The position numbers and the translations under genes are program-made. A stretch of DNA of 57,730 nt, from the IMG/VR virus record IMGVR_UViG_3300045141_000380, positions 1-57,730 of that record; one strand, given 5' to 3'. Shown here in pieces: positions 54,102 through 57,730 of the stretch (within the stretch, counting starts at the first letter, position 1; every line of letters begins with the position of its first letter). The stretch is from a virus. Its lineage: Duplodnaviria; Caudoviricetes. Below the pieces are notes generated by a model, which had not been told where the DNA came from, ran no database searches, and saw nothing but the letters and a program-made list of their open reading frames with translations.

Positions 54102-54596
54102 ATGAATATCCCCGCAGGAAGCTATGTGCTCGCCACCAAATACCAGGATGGCGATCCCGGCGATGCCTGGGCGGTTGGCTTGTATCGTGGCCCGACGGGC
54201 GACGGGCGCCATTTGGTGGAGAACCCAGACGGCACGCTCATTTACGGACCGAACGGGTTTCGCCGTGTCCGTGCTGGCCTGCGCGCGGATGTAGGCCGGT
54301 GGCTTCTCGCGAATGCCGATGCCTTGGAGCGTTCACCGCCCGGGACGGTAAACCTCTGGACCATGCTAACCGATAAAGCGTTTGAAGAGAATGGCGGGGC
54401 CAGCAAGCCCGGACACCTGAAAGGACAAGACCATGAAGCTTCGTTACGTTCTACTGGCCTGCGCGCTACTGAGTGTTGCCCCGCTTGTGGTGGCGAAGGT
54501 CGCGACTTGCGCGGCCACCCCAACGATCCACATCCCAAAGATTACGGGATTTGCCCGGTTTGTGCAGGGCAGCGCTCGATAGAGGTGGGGGATTGA
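54102..54596 (+). CDS. hypothetical, apparently chimeric ORF reading through module 5 into a zinc finger
   Basis: YVLATKYQDGDPGDAWAVG N-domain; CPACGGEG...CPVCAG C-domain. Confidence 0.5.
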   Translation: MNIPAGSYVLATKYQDGDPGDAWAVGLYRGPTGDGRHLVENPDGTLIYGPNGFRRVRAGLRADVGRWLLANADALERSPPGTVNLWTMLTDKAFEENGGASKPGHLKGQDHEASLRSTGLRATECCPACGGEGRDLRGHPNDPHPKDYGICPVCAGQRSIEVGD

Positions 54597-54974
54597 TCCA
54601 AGATGGCGCCAAACGAAGCCCCTGAATGCCCGCGCTGTGCTGAATTGCGAGGCCGCTCCGTCAAGATGAGCACAGTAAAGAATGGACCGCGCAACATAGC
54701 CACCGCATACGAGTGTCCGAGTTGTGATTATGTGATTCCACTCGCAAATTTTACGCCCTTCTCGGAACGCCGAGGCGTGTGATAAGCATGCCCTCGCGTA
54801 GGCGGGGGCATCCCGTGCTGGTACGATGGCGGTTGTTTCCGAGGGGCCGTTTGTCCTTCGGTCCCTCCTCGCGAAGGCGGGGAACGACTGTTCATCCAGG
54901 CTCTCCGGGATTGCTGTCCCGGGGAGCCGACCCCCGCCTGCGCGGGGGCAAGCTTTTGGGGAAAAGGCGCGCTG

Positions 54975-55460
54975 ATGACCGAGGAGGCTCATGAGATTGC
55001 GATCCGGCTTGCGGACGAGGGCGTTCCTCTTGGTGCGATTGCGCGCTCGGTGCAACTACCTTCCGAAGAGCTGCGCCGGCATCTGTGTCTGGCGCGCGAC
55101 GCTGGGCGGCTGATATCGCTTCCGCGTCCTGACTGGCCACCCGGTTATCCGCGCGAGGAACGTGCGGTTGAGCTGTCGCGGCAGATTGTGAGCGACCGCG
55201 AGGCGTTGGCGATGGCGGCCAGGCAGATGTTCGATTTGACTCCTATTGAGGCCGATTTGTTCCTGCTGCTGCTGCAGCCCGGCATGATCCGGCGCGACGT
55301 TATGACCTCGACCCGGACGACGCATGTTCACGTGCATCGTCTGCGCAAGCATCTCTCCCCCTTTGGACTTCACATCGGCACTTTATATGGCGCCGGCTAC
55401 AAGCTGTATCCCGACCGCCGGCGCGCGATGGATTTGCTGCTGGGGCGGGAGGCGGCCTGA
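54975..55460 (+). CDS. OmpR/CtrA-type winged-helix protein without receiver domain
   Basis: LTPIEADLFLLLL...HVHVHRLRKHL...IGTLYGAGYKL. Confidence 0.65.
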   Translation: MTEEAHEIAIRLADEGVPLGAIARSVQLPSEELRRHLCLARDAGRLISLPRPDWPPGYPREERAVELSRQIVSDREALAMAARQMFDLTPIEADLFLLLLQPGMIRRDVMTSTRTTHVHVHRLRKHLSPFGLHIGTLYGAGYKLYPDRRRAMDLLLGREAA

Positions 55461-55464
55461 CCAC

Positions 55465-55785
55465 ATGGCTCACAGGCATCCGACGAAGCGTTGCGACAGC
55501 TGCGCATTCTGGGCACGGGGCGCTGAATGGCCGTTCGATGAAAGGCGTCATCCCGACGACCGGACGGCATCCTGTCGCCGATACGCGCCGCGCTCGTCGA
55601 CAGGCGAATTCGAATACCAGGTGCTGAACCTGTTATCCACGATTGCATGGCAAGTCGGCGATCGTGGCGAAAAGAACCAGTTGGAGCACGGCGACTGGGA
55701 AGAAGCCGCTGTCCATGTGTCATGCTGGCCCTCTACGCACGGGTGCGATTGGTGTGGCGAGTGGAAGCCGCAGGACGTCATATGA
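55465..55785 (+). CDS. Cys-rich conserved phage protein
   Basis: CDSCAFW...CRRYAP...WPST..DWCGEW. Confidence 0.65.
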   Translation: MAHRHPTKRCDSCAFWARGAEWPFDERRHPDDRTASCRRYAPRSSTGEFEYQVLNLLSTIAWQVGDRGEKNQLEHGDWEEAAVHVSCWPSTHGCDWCGEWKPQDVI

Positions 55786-55839
55786 TCGACGCGCCCCACG
55801 TGCTATCAAGCAGCCAACAGACAACAAGGAGACGAAGCC

Positions 55840-56298
55840 ATGCAAGGCTATCTGGCGATGATCATTCCGGTCGGCGGCGGCGGTCCCGTCGATCCGGGCT
55901 ATGGGCACCCTGGCGCCGACGGCGGCGGCAAGCCCATCTTCCACCCTGGCCACCCGGACCATGGCCTCCCGAGCGGCCCCGGCCATGTCTCCCCGCCGAT
56001 CTGGCATCCTGGGCACCCCGACCACGGGCTTCCCAGCTCACCGGGGCATCCGGCCAACCGTCCCCCAGGCAGCTACCCCGGCCGGCCGGATCAGGGCTTG
56101 CCGTGGGCACCGGGACATCCCGACGCGGGCCTGCCGGTTCCTCCCGGCATCACGCTCCCCGCCCCGCCCGCCGATCTTGCGAGCAAGCTGATCGTCCTCT
56201 GGCACGTTCCCGGCCAGACTGAGTGGCACGGCAAGGCGTTCGAGCCCGGCCACCCCGACGCTGGTCTGCCGCCTTCGGAAGCCCAGCCCAAGGCGTAA
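55840..56298 (+). CDS. Pro/His/Gly-rich repeat protein
   Basis: AAGGAG RBS; G(H/R)PDxGLP x5. Confidence 0.65.
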   Translation: MQGYLAMIIPVGGGGPVDPGYGHPGADGGGKPIFHPGHPDHGLPSGPGHVSPPIWHPGHPDHGLPSSPGHPANRPPGSYPGRPDQGLPWAPGHPDAGLPVPPGITLPAPPADLASKLIVLWHVPGQTEWHGKAFEPGHPDAGLPPSEAQPKA

Positions 56299-56388
56299 CT
56301 CCCGACCCCTTCTGTGAGACAATGAACCGATACGTGAGCATGAAGATCATACGCATGCGGGTAGCGCCCGCATGCATGGAGATCAATC

Positions 56389-56634
56389 ATGCGAAGTCGA
56401 GCATTTAGACGTCACCAGGTCAGCAGACACATGTGGCGTCGGCTGAAGGAAGATCGGAACCAGCATTACGATCAGTTGAATTGTCCTTGCTGGACCAATC
56501 GCAAGGCGATGGCAAGGTTCAAAGAGCAGCCGCAGGTTTGCAGCGGCGATTGTTGCGGAAATCAGCGACATGCCTTCGGTCGCAAAAACCCGACGATGCA
56601 GGAACGTCGGTTTATAACCAGCTATTCACTGTAA
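56389..56634 (+). CDS. small basic Cys-containing protein
   Basis: GGAG RBS; CSGDCCGNQR...TMQERR. Confidence 0.55.
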   Translation: MRSRAFRRHQVSRHMWRRLKEDRNQHYDQLNCPCWTNRKAMARFKEQPQVCSGDCCGNQRHAFGRKNPTMQERRFITSYSL

Positions 56635-56898
56635 GTGTCCGTGCCGTTCGTGGCTTTCGAGTTCTTCGGCAAGCTCATCCTGCACCCGGCGGGTGGCGTC
56701 GATCGCCACCTGCTTGATGGCGTTGATTGTCGCCAGATCGTCCTTGGTCAGGGTGCCATTGGTTGCCTTGCTCTTGAAGAGCGCGACCGCTTCTTTCACC
56801 TTCAGCTTGATCTCATGCAGCTTTTCCTGGGCATCGATGACCGCGATGTGAGGGTCCTTGGTGGGCATGGGATCACTCCGAGGGCCGTTTTCTGGCAT
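56626..56898 (-). CDS. hypothetical helical protein
   Basis: ORF downstream of terminase; start may be 56868. Confidence 0.45.
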   Translation of the reverse strand: MPENGPRSDPMPTKDPHIAVIDAQEKLHEIKLKVKEAVALFKSKATNGTLTKDDLATINAIKQVAIDATRRVQDELAEELESHERHGHLQ

Positions 56899-57041
56899 TC
56901 CGTTCAGCTTCTATGGCAGTTTTGAGTTTTTCGTATGCGGCCCACATATCACCGCTCGGACATTCGTACGCTATTTGATTAGCGAGCAAAGCCAACGCTT
57001 GATCCACATTTTCCATATGCTTTACTTCTTCTTTCGCGCGA

Positions 57042-57730
57042 TTACGTCCACCCTGCTGCGCTCACCCGTGGCCGCTCCTGCCTTCTGGTCCGCGGCACCA
57101 GCCGGCGCGCCAGCTCCTGCACCAGGCCGCCGCTGACGATCAAAGAGGCGTATTGCAAGTCATCGCAAACGTGTGAGAAGCCCTCCACGTCGAACTTCTC
57201 GGGAACAGCGCGTAGCGCGCCCTCGCGGTGCCGCTTGAACCGGTAGCCCCCGTTCATGGCGCGCACCAGCATGGGGCACCCCGCGCCGTTGATCACCAGC
57301 GCCGGACCGCCATTGACTTGGCGCCCCAGCAGTTGCTCCACAGCCCGCAGCCGCTTGTCAATGTCGTTGGTCGGCGCCGGAAACGCCGGCAGCCCAAGCC
57401 GCTTTAAGGCATCGAAGCAGCTCTCCTCCGAGATGGTTCCCTTGGCGACCCCTGACGGATCGCCGACCACCACGAACTTCGCGCCTGAATACTTTCCCGA
57501 ATAAAGCCGCGGCCGCACGTTCTGCTCGATGTGCTTTTCCAATCCGATATTGGTGGCGGCGATCTCCTCGTGCACCAGCAGCCTTCCGAGATGGTCGACC
57601 TGACAGATCAGCGTCCACGGATTGCGGCCGAAGTCCTGGGCCAGAATCAGATTGTAGCCCGGCACCACCATGGTTTCCCGCACGTGGAACGCCCGATTGA
57701 AGGTGGCCCGGAACACCGCCTCGCCCGATG
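57042..57730 (-). CDS. terL: terminase large subunit, C-terminal nuclease part (5' end outside window)
   Basis: QDFGRNP, GDPSG, APTNDIDKRLRAVE, FSHVCDDLQY RNase H-like motifs. Confidence 0.85.
   Translation of the reverse strand, partial: SGEAVFRATFNRAFHVRETMVVPGYNLILAQDFGRNPWTLICQVDHLGRLLVHEEIAATNIGLEKHIEQNVRPRLYSGKYSGAKFVVVGDPSGVAKGTISEESCFDALKRLGLPAFPAPTNDIDKRLRAVEQLLGRQVNGGPALVINGAGCPMLVRAMNGGYRFKRHREGALRAVPEKFDVEGFSHVCDDLQYASLIVSGGLVQELARRLVPRTRRQERPRVSAAGWT

Larger units (their letters stand above)
52462..54427 (+). repeat. repeated module: stem-CAGCAA-stem hairpin + GAAAGGACA RBS (5 copies)
   Basis: Loops at 52517, 52816, 53214, 53484, 54401; GAAAGGACA at 52541, 52837, 53239, 53503, 54419. 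Confidence 0.85.

Noticed and set aside
52459-54435. CRISPR array or classical integron attC sites
   Set aside because: Repeats are separated by whole genes, stems vary in sequence, there are no RYYYAAC/GTTRRRY ends, and no integron-integrase features were recognised in the integrase.

Overview
The window is most of the genome of a temperate, short-tailed (podovirus-like) dsDNA phage, probably of a Hyphomicrobiales/Bradyrhizobium-like alphaproteobacterium. The host is inferred from GC content, a tRNA-Pro-type att core, GapR-like and DnaA-domain-IV-like genes, a CtrA box and VPLPA-CTERM proteins. Layout: glycan-modification genes and lysis (1-4.3 kb); head, collagen-like fibres, tail and ejection proteins (4.3-33.4 kb, + strand); DUF927 helicase-like gene, attP, integrase/xis, RecT/YqaJ and accessory genes (33.4-44.1 kb, - strand); cI/cro switch (44.1-44.9 kb); methylase, nucleases and replication (45-51.3 kb); small early-type genes (51.9-56.6 kb); and the 3' part of the large terminase (- strand, runs off the end). 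attP is internal with phage genes on both sides, so this is the excised or free form. Main highlights: (1) the major capsid gene is split by two group I introns with readable splice sites, one carrying a LAGLIDADG ORF that runs through the ribozyme core; (2) a repeated, covarying hairpin module (invariant CAGCAA loop, then GAAAGGACA) precedes consecutive small genes at 52.4-54.4 kb; (3) two phage-borne VPLPA-CTERM surface proteins; (4) an HNH gene that appears to have captured the endolysin start and supplied a recoded copy; (5) glycosylation genes alongside Thr-rich collagen-like fibres; (6) a parS-like site, a CtrA box and an MT-A70/PD-(D/E)XK pair. All family calls are motif recognition by eye; no searches were run.
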